From NCBI GenBank assembly GCA_003133025.1, contig PKZK01000244.1:15603-52291 (forward strand): a stretch of DNA of 36,689 nt, in the 5' to 3' direction. Shown here piece after piece: positions 1-7,018 of this stretch. Origin of the DNA: Vulcanimicrobiota bacterium. GTDB taxonomy: Bacteria > Vulcanimicrobiota > Vulcanimicrobiia > Vulcanimicrobiales > Vulcanimicrobiaceae. Numbering within the stretch: the first letter of the stretch is position 1; each line of letters begins with the position of its first letter. The position numbers and the translations under genes are program-made. The notes beneath the pieces are model-generated. The model was not told the DNA's origin. It was given only the letters and a program-made list of their open reading frames with translations, and ran no database searches.

Positions 1-1
1 G

Positions 2-88
2 GCCTTTCAGGCCGTGGTCTGGCACCTCATGGTCAGCCACCCGGCGCTGAAGGCCGCGCAAACCAAGTGGGAGTCGGTCGCCAAGTAG
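2..88 (+). CDS. 3' end of an ORF entering from upstream of the window (product unknown; SIS-type sedoheptulose-7-phosphate isomerase is only a context guess)
   Basis: Frame is open from the window edge to TAG at 86-88 (...AFQAVVWHLMVSHPALKAAQTKWESVAK*) with G/C-rich third positions. It overlaps the GTG of the next gene by 22 nt. Absent from the ORF track because it has no start in the window. Confidence 0.35.
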   Translation, partial: AFQAVVWHLMVSHPALKAAQTKWESVAK

Positions 89-633
89 ACACCTCGCTGC
101 CCGCGCGACGCGCCGTCTTCCTCGACCGCGACGGCGTCCTCAATAAGGCGATCGTCCGCGAGCGGAAGCCCTTTCCACCCGAAACCGTGGAAGCGCTGGA
201 ACTCTTGCCCGGCGTCGCTCCGGCGCTCGAGCGGTTGCGTCGCCGCGGTTTCTTGTTGCTCGTGGTCACCAATCAACCCGACGTCGCGCGCGGCGATCAG
301 CGCCGGGCGACGGTCGACGCACTCAACGCCGAACTCGCCCGGCGCCTGCCGCTCGACGACGTCCTGGTCTGTTTTCACGACGACCGCGATGGATGCGATT
401 GCCGCAAACCCTTGCCCGGCTTGCTCTTGCACGGAGCGCACCGCTACGGTATCGATTTGCACGGCAGTTTCTTGATCGGCGACCGCTGGCGCGACGTGGA
501 AGCCGGACGGCGGGCGGGAGTTCGCACCGTCTTCATCGACTATCAATATGACGAACGGCGGCCGGAACCGCCGGCCGATGCGACGGTCGCCGATCTCGGA
601 GCCGCCGTCGACTGGATTGAATCTCACGCCTAA
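67..633 (+). CDS. gmhB: D-glycero-D-manno-heptose 1,7-bisphosphate phosphatase (HAD superfamily, GmhB-type)
   Basis: HAD motif I FLDRDGVLN near the N-terminus, VVTNQ, and the GmhB-type zinc motif C-F-H...C-D-C-R-K-P. GTG start at 67. Confidence 0.85.
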   Translation: MGVGRQVDTSLPARRAVFLDRDGVLNKAIVRERKPFPPETVEALELLPGVAPALERLRRRGFLLLVVTNQPDVARGDQRRATVDALNAELARRLPLDDVLVCFHDDRDGCDCRKPLPGLLLHGAHRYGIDLHGSFLIGDRWRDVEAGRRAGVRTVFIDYQYDERRPEPPADATVADLGAAVDWIESHA

Positions 634-643
634 GGAGTGCGCC

Positions 644-1387
644 GTGCTACAGAGCTCGCCAAGTCTCGACCATCCCTCCATCGAAAGCCTCAAGGTCAAG
701 ATCTTTGCCGACGGCGCGGATAAGGCGGCGATCGTCGCGCTCGCGAAAAATCCGGCGATCAAGGGCTTCACGACGAACCCGACGCTGATGCACAAGGCCG
801 GCATCACCGATTACGAGGCATTCGCCCGCGATCTGCTCGAAGCGATCGGCGGCTATCCGATTTCGTTCGAAGTCTTCGCCGATGAAAACGCCGAGATGGT
901 GCGCCAAGCAAAACGCATCGCCACCTGGGGCGACGAGGTCTACGTCAAAATTCCGGTCACCAATACGCGCCGCGAAACGACGGCGCCCGTCGTGCGCGAG
1001 CTGACGCTCTCCGGCGTGAAGGTCAACGTCACCGCGCTGATGACCGCGGAACAAGTCGCCGAGGTATGCACCGCACTGGTCGGCGGCGCTCCCGCATGCA
1101 TCTCCGTCTTTGCCGGACGCGTCGCCGACACCGGGCGCGATCCGCTGCCGATCATGCGCCGCTCGCTCGAATTCATCGCACCGCTACCCGGCGTGGAATT
1201 GATCTGGGCCAGCCCGCGCGAGCTGCTCAACATCTTTCACGCCGACTCCATCGGCACGCACATCATCACGGTGACGCACGACATTCTGGGCAAGCTCGGG
1301 CTCGTCGGTAAGGACCTCGACGACTATTCGCTCGATACGGTGAAGATGTTCGCGGCCGACGCGGCCAAAGCGGGCTTCAGCCTCTAG
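644..1387 (+). CDS. tal: Transaldolase / fructose-6-phosphate-aldolase family protein
   Basis: FTTNPTL, Schiff-base lysine context EVYVKIPVT, NVTALM and SVFAGR motifs. AGGAG (633-637) lies 6 nt before the in-frame GTG 644. The ORF-track start at 548 would overlap gmhB by 86 nt. Confidence 0.85.
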   Translation: MLQSSPSLDHPSIESLKVKIFADGADKAAIVALAKNPAIKGFTTNPTLMHKAGITDYEAFARDLLEAIGGYPISFEVFADENAEMVRQAKRIATWGDEVYVKIPVTNTRRETTAPVVRELTLSGVKVNVTALMTAEQVAEVCTALVGGAPACISVFAGRVADTGRDPLPIMRRSLEFIAPLPGVELIWASPRELLNIFHADSIGTHIITVTHDILGKLGLVGKDLDDYSLDTVKMFAADAAKAGFSL

Positions 1388-1417
1388 CGCACTTTCGCTA
1401 GAGCGACACTCTAGCGC
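1382..1417. terminator. Possible bidirectional stem-loop element between convergent genes (three copies of an 8-mer: direct, inverted, direct)
   Basis: CTCTAGCG at 1382-1389 and 1409-1416, with its reverse complement CGCTAGAG at 1396-1403. The middle copy can pair with either flank (8 bp). Both convergent stop codons (TAG 1385-1387; CTA 1411-1413) lie inside the repeats. No U-tract. Confidence 0.3.
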
Positions 1418-1653
1418 GGGCTCTGCTGCTTCGACTGGATGATGATGATGACCGACGAGGTCGGGCTCGGATTCGGATTGACCGTCGGCGTGGGCACGGG
1501 CGTGGGCACGGGCGTAAAGGGCACCGACGTCGGGATGCTGCCCGGGCCCGTACTCGACGAACCTCCGCCGCACGCGACCTCCGTCGCCAGAGCACAGAGC
1601 CCGACGAGCACGAAAAGAACCTGACGGAGTGGAGAGCGGCCCAGTGACGTCAT
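1411..1653 (-). CDS. Small (80 aa) secreted Pro/Thr-rich protein, unknown function
   Basis: ATG at 1653. Hydrophobic signal-like N-terminus LRQVLFVLVGLCALATEVAC followed by GGGSSS and TPVPTPVPTPTVNPNPSP. G/C-rich third positions in this frame. Same strand as, and 52 nt downstream of, the exporter ATPase gene. Confidence 0.5.
   Translation of the reverse strand: MTSLGRSPLRQVLFVLVGLCALATEVACGGGSSSTGPGSIPTSVPFTPVPTPVPTPTVNPNPSPTSSVIIIIQSKQQSPR
1438..1525. repeat. Short in-frame tandem repeats inside the small secreted ORF
   Basis: GAT x4 (1438-1450, minus-strand Ile x4). CGGATT x2 (1468-1479, NPNP). GGCGTGGGCACG x2 exact (1487-1510) plus a degenerate third copy to about 1525 (TPVP repeats). 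Confidence 0.7.
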
Positions 1654-1705
1654 AGAGGCCGCGTTTCGCCGCGGCGGGTCGCCGCCCTTCGCCCTCGGAC
1701 TGCCG

Positions 1706-2479
1706 TTACGGAGCCAAGCGGGCTCGGGCCCGCGCCAGCCGTTCTTGGGCCGAAGAGTCGACCGAGCGCAGATAGGCGTCGACGACGTCGCCCGGCGACC
1801 CGTCCTTGACGATCCCGCCGGCCTGCATCCAAATGGCGCGGCTGCACGACTCGCGGATGAACTGCAGATCGTGCGAAACCAGCAGCACGGTCACGTGATC
1901 GTGCCACATGCTTTCGATGCGCCGGCGGCTCTTGTTGCGGAACGACTCATCGCCGACGGATAAGACTTCGTCGAGGATCAGGATGTCGGGATTGGTGTCG
2001 GTCGCGATGGCAAAACCCAGGCGCGCCACCATGCCCGACGACAGCGCGCGGACGGGCACGTCGGCGAATTCGTCCAGCTCGGCGAATTCCAAAATGAATG
2101 GCATCTTGGCGCGCATCTCCGCCGCCGAGTGGCCCAACAGCACGCCGTAGAGCAGGATGTTGTCGCGCACGGCCAAGTCGGGATCGAAGCCCGCCCCGAG
2201 TTCGATCAGCGGCGCGATCGAGCCCTCGACGCTGACCTTACCTTCGGAAGGCGAGAGTATGCCGCAGATGATTTTGAGCATCGTCGACTTGCCCGACCCG
2301 TTGGGCCCGATGATTCCGAGCTTCTCGCCCTTGGGCAGATCCAGCGACACCGCATCGAGCACGCGCCGCCGCCTGCGCTCGTAGCGCCGCGCTTTCAAGA
2401 GCGTGAAGATCCGCCGCTTGAGGTCGAAGCTCGCCTCTTCTTGAAGCCGCCGCCAGAGACTGACGGCCTCCAAACGCAC
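1706..2479 (-). CDS. Polysaccharide/O-antigen-type ABC exporter ATP-binding protein (Wzt/TagH/KpsT-like, no C-terminal carbohydrate-binding extension)
   Basis: Walker A GPNGSGKST, signature LSSGM, Walker B ILILDE. GTG 2479 lies 5 nt after the permease stop. The ORF-track start at 2719 would overlap the permease gene by 235 nt. Confidence 0.85.
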   Translation of the reverse strand: MRLEAVSLWRRLQEEASFDLKRRIFTLLKARRYERRRRRVLDAVSLDLPKGEKLGIIGPNGSGKSTMLKIICGILSPSEGKVSVEGSIAPLIELGAGFDPDLAVRDNILLYGVLLGHSAAEMRAKMPFILEFAELDEFADVPVRALSSGMVARLGFAIATDTNPDILILDEVLSVGDESFRNKSRRRIESMWHDHVTVLLVSHDLQFIRESCSRAIWMQAGGIVKDGSPGDVVDAYLRSVDSSAQERLARARARLAP

Positions 2480-2484
2480 CGAAC

Positions 2485-3252
2485 TCAAATCAGGTCCATG
2501 AACTCGCGACGACGCCACGTGAAGATCGTCAGTCCCAGACCCAGGCCCAGCGCCCCGATGGCCAAGCTCGCGGCGATGGAGGGCAGGTCGGGCCAGCCGC
2601 TGCCCAGCGCCAGATCGCGCAGACTCTGCACCGTCGGAAACAACGGGTTGAAGACCAGGAAGCGGCGCACGTGCTCGGGCACGATCGCCGCCGGATAGAA
2701 GATCGGCAACGTGACCCATGCAAAGAACGTGATCAACTCGTAGATGTGCGGGATGTCGCGGAAGTAGACATAGATAGTACTCATCAAATACGCGACGCCC
2801 GCACTGAACAGAATCAATCCGGCCAACGGAAGCGGGAGCAAGAGCGCCCGGAAGACGTCGTGCGTGGAAAAGAGCGTGACCACGATCAACAACGGCAGGA
2901 CGCCGATGCCCAGTTGCACCGCGTGCGAGGCCACGGTCGAGGCCGGAAAGACTTCGAACGGCACGCGAATCTTATTGAGCAAGCCGCTGTTGACCACGAT
3001 GCTGCTCAGCGCTTGCGACGTAGAGCCGGAGAAGAACTGGATCACGGTCAGTCCGATGAAAACCACGAGCGCGTAGTGCAGGACCGAACCCGCGTAGTAC
3101 TGCCGAAAGGCGTAGCCGAAAACGGCCGTGTACACGCCCGTCATCAGGAGTGGATTCATCAAAGACCAAACGATGCCCAGGATCGACCCGCGGTAACGCG
3201 CCCTCAGCATGCGTTCGGTCAGGACCACCAAGAGGTCCAACCGGCGCCTCAT
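2485..3252 (-). CDS. ABC-2 type polysaccharide exporter permease (Wzm/TagG-like)
   Basis: N-terminal RYRGSILGIVWSLMNPLL signature and multiple hydrophobic segments, immediately upstream of the ATPase. ATG 3252 is preferred. The alternative GTG 3342 would abut the divergent gene start. Confidence 0.8.
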   Translation of the reverse strand: MRRRLDLLVVLTERMLRARYRGSILGIVWSLMNPLLMTGVYTAVFGYAFRQYYAGSVLHYALVVFIGLTVIQFFSGSTSQALSSIVVNSGLLNKIRVPFEVFPASTVASHAVQLGIGVLPLLIVVTLFSTHDVFRALLLPLPLAGLILFSAGVAYLMSTIYVYFRDIPHIYELITFFAWVTLPIFYPAAIVPEHVRRFLVFNPLFPTVQSLRDLALGSGWPDLPSIAASLAIGALGLGLGLTIFTWRRREFMDLI

Positions 3253-3288
3253 ACGTGACGGTTCAAAGTCCAAGTGGCACGTTCCCTT

Positions 3289-3312
3289 GCTTTCGCCAGG
3301 GCAGTCGAAAGC
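3289..3312. promoter_or_regulatory. 7-bp inverted repeat in the divergent promoter region between the exporter operon and the secreted-module gene
   Basis: GCTTTCG (3289-3295), 10-nt spacer, CGAAAGC (3306-3312). Lies in the 90-nt gap between ATG 3252 (minus) and ATG 3343 (plus). Confidence 0.2.
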
Positions 3313-3342
3313 GAGCGTGGAACGGGCGGCGCGGAGGTTCAC

Positions 3343-4218
3343 ATGCGAAGTTTTTGGTTTAGACTCGTCGCCCTATCGGCGTGGGCGCTCGTGACCGTGG
3401 CGCCGGTCGCCGCAGCGCCCAGCGACATCGTCTCGCCCGGCAGCGGCCTGACGCTCGGTACGGGATGGTACCTGCACGAGACCGCCGCTGGAAACAGCTT
3501 CCGCTGGGTCGCGAACAACGCGCAAATCGTCGTTAACCGGCCGATCGGTTCTGTAAAGAAAATCGCAATCGTCGCCGAAGCGGGGCCGGGTCTGGGCCAG
3601 CCCAAGATGACGGTGCACGTTCTGGATCGCGCCGGCAAGGAAGTCGCGAGCGGCGTCTTCGACGGCAAACAGCGCGTGCGCTTCGATTTGCCGGTGTCGC
3701 CCGGACAAGATACGTCCTTTACGTTGCGCGTCGACGGCGGCGGCAAGAAGGCGCCGCGCGATCCTCGCACGCTGAACTTCCGCGTCTTCAGCATCGACGA
3801 CGCGACGAGCGACGCGGCGATCGGCGCGGGCCATCCCGACATCGCGGGGCCCGGCATCACCATCGCCGACAATTGGTATCCGCTCGAAGAGTTCAACGGC
3901 GCCACGTTTCGCTGGGTCAACAACGACGCGCAGTTCGAGGTGAAGGCCGATCAGTCGGGCAACCGGCGCCTCAAACTTCTCGTCGCGCCGGGACCCGGTT
4001 TACAGAAACCGACGAGCTTCGCCATCTCCCTGCGCGACGCTTCGGGTCACGAGATCCAAAAGGCCGCCGTTCGCGGCCTGAGCACCGTGTACTTGAGCCT
4101 GCCGCTCGCGGCCGGCTCCAATAAGTTCTCGCTGCACGTCGACGGCGGCGGCAAGTCCGGCATCCACGGCGACAGCAGAACGCTCGATTTCCGGGTGTTC
4201 TCGCTGACGGTCGTTTAG
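3343..4218 (+). CDS. Secreted protein composed of two tandem copies of an uncharacterised ~125-aa module
   Basis: GGAGG (3333-3337) precedes ATG 3343. Signal peptide MRSFWFRLVALSAWALVTVAPVAAAP. Two halves align: GWYLHE..FRWVANNAQIVV..GPGLGQPK..LRVDGGGKKAPRDPRTLNFRVFSI versus NWYPLEE..FRWVNNDAQFEV..GPGLQKPT..LHVDGGGKSGIHGDSRTLDFRVFSL. Confidence 0.8.
   Translation: MRSFWFRLVALSAWALVTVAPVAAAPSDIVSPGSGLTLGTGWYLHETAAGNSFRWVANNAQIVVNRPIGSVKKIAIVAEAGPGLGQPKMTVHVLDRAGKEVASGVFDGKQRVRFDLPVSPGQDTSFTLRVDGGGKKAPRDPRTLNFRVFSIDDATSDAAIGAGHPDIAGPGITIADNWYPLEEFNGATFRWVNNDAQFEVKADQSGNRRLKLLVAPGPGLQKPTSFAISLRDASGHEIQKAAVRGLSTVYLSLPLAAGSNKFSLHVDGGGKSGIHGDSRTLDFRVFSLTVV
3418..4215 (+). repeat. Internal protein-level duplication (module copy 1 about 3418-3795, copy 2 about 3832-4215)
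   Basis: Shared ordered motifs W-Y-x-x-E, FRWV-N-x-AQ, GPGL, VDGGGK and D-x-R-T-L-x-FRVFS appear in both halves of the 291-aa protein. Confidence 0.6.
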
Positions 4219-4290
4219 GGGCCTGTGGGGCTTGGGACAAGAGGCGGCGCGAAGGCGTACACGTGCCTGAGTCCTACGGCTCCTTTGCGT

Positions 4291-5562
4291 TCACCGGTGC
4301 GCGGAGTCGGCGCGGCGCTCGCTGTAGCCGATTCCCCGCACCAAATAACACAGCTTACGACGGTCGGCGCCGCGCTCGACCGACGCGGGCCGAAACCAGG
4401 AACGCGCCTTGATCGTCAGTTCCAGCGTCTGATTCCAAATCGTTTCGGGCAGACGCACGGGCAGCCGGTATTCACCGGGCGATAAACTCTCGACTGCGAC
4501 CTTTCGCCCGTTGGCGACGACCTCGAGGACTTGGCGGGCAAACATGCCGGGCGGCAACGAGATGTGCAGTTCGAGAAAACGTCCGTGGCCCGGCGGCAAC
4601 ATGTAGTGGAGTTTTCTCGTCGCCCAGCCGTCGACGTAGAGCCCTTGGCTCTCGCGGATGACGTAGTGCACGATCCGTCCGCACCAACGCGCAATGAACG
4701 CCTGGGCTTTATTGCCGAGCCGGCGTAACGGTCCGCGGCAGATCGCGGCGATGCGCTCGCCGACGATGCGCTGGTACGTCTCCACACCGTAGATCACGAA
4801 GCCCGGCGGAAACGCCGAGCGCCCGTGCCGGCGCATGATCTTGACCAGCTCCCAAAAGCGGCGTGCGCCGCCGGTCGAGGTCTTGGCCTCGCCGTATTCG
4901 CGAATCGAGCCCATGTAGTAGGGCAGGTAGCGCAACATATGGCGTTTGCCGATGCGCATGAGGATTTCCCAATCCATGCCGTAGTGCAGGTCTCGATCGA
5001 GTAGCCCGATCTCGTCGAAGACGTCGCGCCGGAAGAACACGGTCTGCTGCAAGATGTAGTCGGACATATAGACGAGCTTCCAGAGATTGAACGGCTCCGT
5101 GACCGAGAAGCGCTGCTTCACGTTCCCGTCGATGTCGATCTGGTAGCCCTCGCCGTACACCGCGCCCAGATCCGGCTCGCGCAAGAACGCGGAGACGACG
5201 TGGCCGATCGCACCCGGCAAGAAAACGTCGTCGGAATTCAACCACGCGACGATCTCTCCGCGAGCCATCGCGAAGCCTTTGTTGATCGCATCGGACTGCC
5301 CGCGGTCCTTCTCGGAGATGAAGGTCAGCCGGTCGGCGTATTCCGCACAGACGGACGCGGTATCGTCGGTCGAGGCGCCGTCGATGATGATGTACTCGAC
5401 GTTGGGGTAGTCCTGCGCGAGAACGCTCTCGATCGTGTCGCGAATGAAACGGCCTTGATTGAATGACGGGGTCACTACCGTTACAAGCGGCAGGTCGGGT
5501 CGACGGAGCCTGAACGGCTCAGCTACGATTGATTCCGAAGCCACGATGCGCGAGCCAATCAC
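4291..5562 (-). CDS. Family 2 glycosyltransferase with a ~120-aa C-terminal non-catalytic module
   Basis: GT-A motifs VTVVTPSFNQ, QDYPNVEYIIIDGASTDDT, NSDD. The C-terminal region YVDGWATRK...LHISLPPG...ANGRKV...GADRRKLCYLVRGIGY resembles the module of the secreted protein. GTG starts are available at 5562 or 5544, overlapping the upstream GT2 by 44 or 26 nt. Confidence 0.8.
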   Translation of the reverse strand: MIGSRIVASESIVAEPFRLRRPDLPLVTVVTPSFNQGRFIRDTIESVLAQDYPNVEYIIIDGASTDDTASVCAEYADRLTFISEKDRGQSDAINKGFAMARGEIVAWLNSDDVFLPGAIGHVVSAFLREPDLGAVYGEGYQIDIDGNVKQRFSVTEPFNLWKLVYMSDYILQQTVFFRRDVFDEIGLLDRDLHYGMDWEILMRIGKRHMLRYLPYYMGSIREYGEAKTSTGGARRFWELVKIMRRHGRSAFPPGFVIYGVETYQRIVGERIAAICRGPLRRLGNKAQAFIARWCGRIVHYVIRESQGLYVDGWATRKLHYMLPPGHGRFLELHISLPPGMFARQVLEVVANGRKVAVESLSPGEYRLPVRLPETIWNQTLELTIKARSWFRPASVERGADRRKLCYLVRGIGYSERRADSAHR

Positions 5563-6424
5563 GGAGGTAGCGGACGCGATGCCGGTTGATCACCAGGCCG
5601 AGGGCCAGGCTCGAAAGCACGTTTAGGCGGCCCCCGCGCGATTCCTGGAAGAAGTTGTCGCTCCGGTCGAACACGTGGTTGGAGTACGCGACGACCCAAT
5701 CGTAGGGCACGTACCCGTAGTGCCGGCGGAGCACCCTCATCGACTCCTCGTATGCGGCGCGCCGGCGTCCGAGCGTCTTATTGCCCGGGTGCATGCACGA
5801 AAACGCGATCTTCGAATCAAACTTCACCGGTGAAGCGGTTCGCGAAAGCCTGATCCACAGGTCGTAATCGAGCGCATAGTTCAGCGCCGGATCGAAGCCG
5901 CCGGCCGCGCGGAACGCCTCCGCGCGGAAAAACGCCGCGGGCTGGCACACGATGCAGCGCATGCCGAGCGAGATCGCGTCGTACGGCTCGACCGGATACG
6001 GCCCCAAACGCGAGCCGCCCTCATCGACGTGATCGGCCTCGCCGTACACGAACGGAGCCGCCGGATTGCTCGCGAGCGTGGCGACTGCCGCGGAGATGGC
6101 GCCGGGAAGATACGCGTCGTCGGCGTTGATGAAGCCGAATATGTCGCCGCCGGCCGCGGCGAAGCCGGCGTTGAGCGCCTGCGCTTGGCTCGTGCCTTCG
6201 AGCACGATGGTCCGAATGCGGTCGCCGTAACTGCGCACGATCTCCATCGTGCCGTCGCGCGAGCCGCCGTCCACCACGATGTACTCGACGTTCGGATAGT
6301 CCTGGGCCAAGACGCTCTCGACCGCCCGCGCGATGAACTGGACTCCGTCCAGGACCGGCGTGACGATGGTGACGCGCGGAGGCGACTGCGGACTATTTTC
6401 TGGCGCGGAGCCGCTCAATCTCAC
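5519..6424 (-). CDS. Family 2 glycosyltransferase (paralog of the downstream GT2)
   Basis: VTIVTPVLDG, QDYPNVEYIVVDGGSRDGT, NADD. The start is uncertain: GTG 6424 or ATG 6487, both inside the preceding coiled-coil ORF. See the frame-junction finding. Confidence 0.75.
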   Translation of the reverse strand: MRLSGSAPENSPQSPPRVTIVTPVLDGVQFIARAVESVLAQDYPNVEYIVVDGGSRDGTMEIVRSYGDRIRTIVLEGTSQAQALNAGFAAAGGDIFGFINADDAYLPGAISAAVATLASNPAAPFVYGEADHVDEGGSRLGPYPVEPYDAISLGMRCIVCQPAAFFRAEAFRAAGGFDPALNYALDYDLWIRLSRTASPVKFDSKIAFSCMHPGNKTLGRRRAAYEESMRVLRRHYGYVPYDWVVAYSNHVFDRSDNFFQESRGGRLNVLSSLALGLVINRHRVRYLRDWLAHRGFGINRS

Positions 6425-7016
6425 GGTCCTGGCGCTCGAGGACGTCCGACATGTCCGCCAGGACGACGGCGCGCTTCTCAGCTTCATCGCGCATCTGCGC
6501 GAGCGCCGTTTCGATTTGCTTCATGCCCGCGAGCCGCTCTTCGGCGACGCGCTTGAGGTCTTCGATGATCTCGGCGCGCTCGGCGAGTTCGCCGTCCTTG
6601 CGCGCAATGGCGGCGCGCAACGAGGCAACTTCCGCGGTCGCCGCATCGAGCGCAGCCAACCGCTCGTCGGCGGCACTCTGCAACTGCGCCATGCGTTTTT
6701 CCGAGTCGGCGAGGGCGGTGCCGATACGCGCCTCGGCTTCCGCCGAATGGCGCTCGAGATTGCCGGCCAGCCGCTCGATGACGGCCAGCCGCTCCTCCGC
6801 CGCACCAACGGCGCGCTCGAGTTCGGCCTGCAACTCTTCGATCACCGCCTGCCGCTCTTCCGCAATGCGCTGCAGGTCGTCGGCGACGGCTTTGCGCCGG
6901 TCGGCCTCGCCCGAAAGGCGATGCAAAGCCGTGCTCGTGATCTCGAGGAAGCGTCCGCGCTCCTCGGCGATCGCGCGCAGGTCGGCGATTTCCGTTTCGA
7001 GTTGATTCGTCAGCAT
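6393..7016 (-). CDS. Stand-alone coiled-coil protein (207 aa), unknown function
   Basis: ATG 7016 lies 2 nt after the GT9 stop (7019-7021). A/E/R/L-rich sequence with a recurring AEER-x-A-x-I motif. No TM segment or signal peptide. The upstream part of the 308-aa track ORF overlaps GT9 and is Arg/Gly junk. Confidence 0.65.
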   Translation of the reverse strand: MLTNQLETEIADLRAIAEERGRFLEITSTALHRLSGEADRRKAVADDLQRIAEERQAVIEELQAELERAVGAAEERLAVIERLAGNLERHSAEAEARIGTALADSEKRMAQLQSAADERLAALDAATAEVASLRAAIARKDGELAERAEIIEDLKRVAEERLAGMKQIETALAQMRDEAEKRAVVLADMSDVLERQDREIERLRARK

Positions 7017-7018
7017 TC

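Noticed and set aside
7-807. 266-aa minus-strand ORF at the left edge
   Set aside because: It is antisense to gmhB and tal, both of which carry diagnostic motifs. Nothing is recognisable in this frame.
1487-1525. 12-nt tandem repeat considered as a possible CRISPR or other non-coding repeat array
   Set aside because: There are only two to three contiguous copies without spacers, in-frame inside an ORF, encoding TPVP repeats. It is not a CRISPR array.
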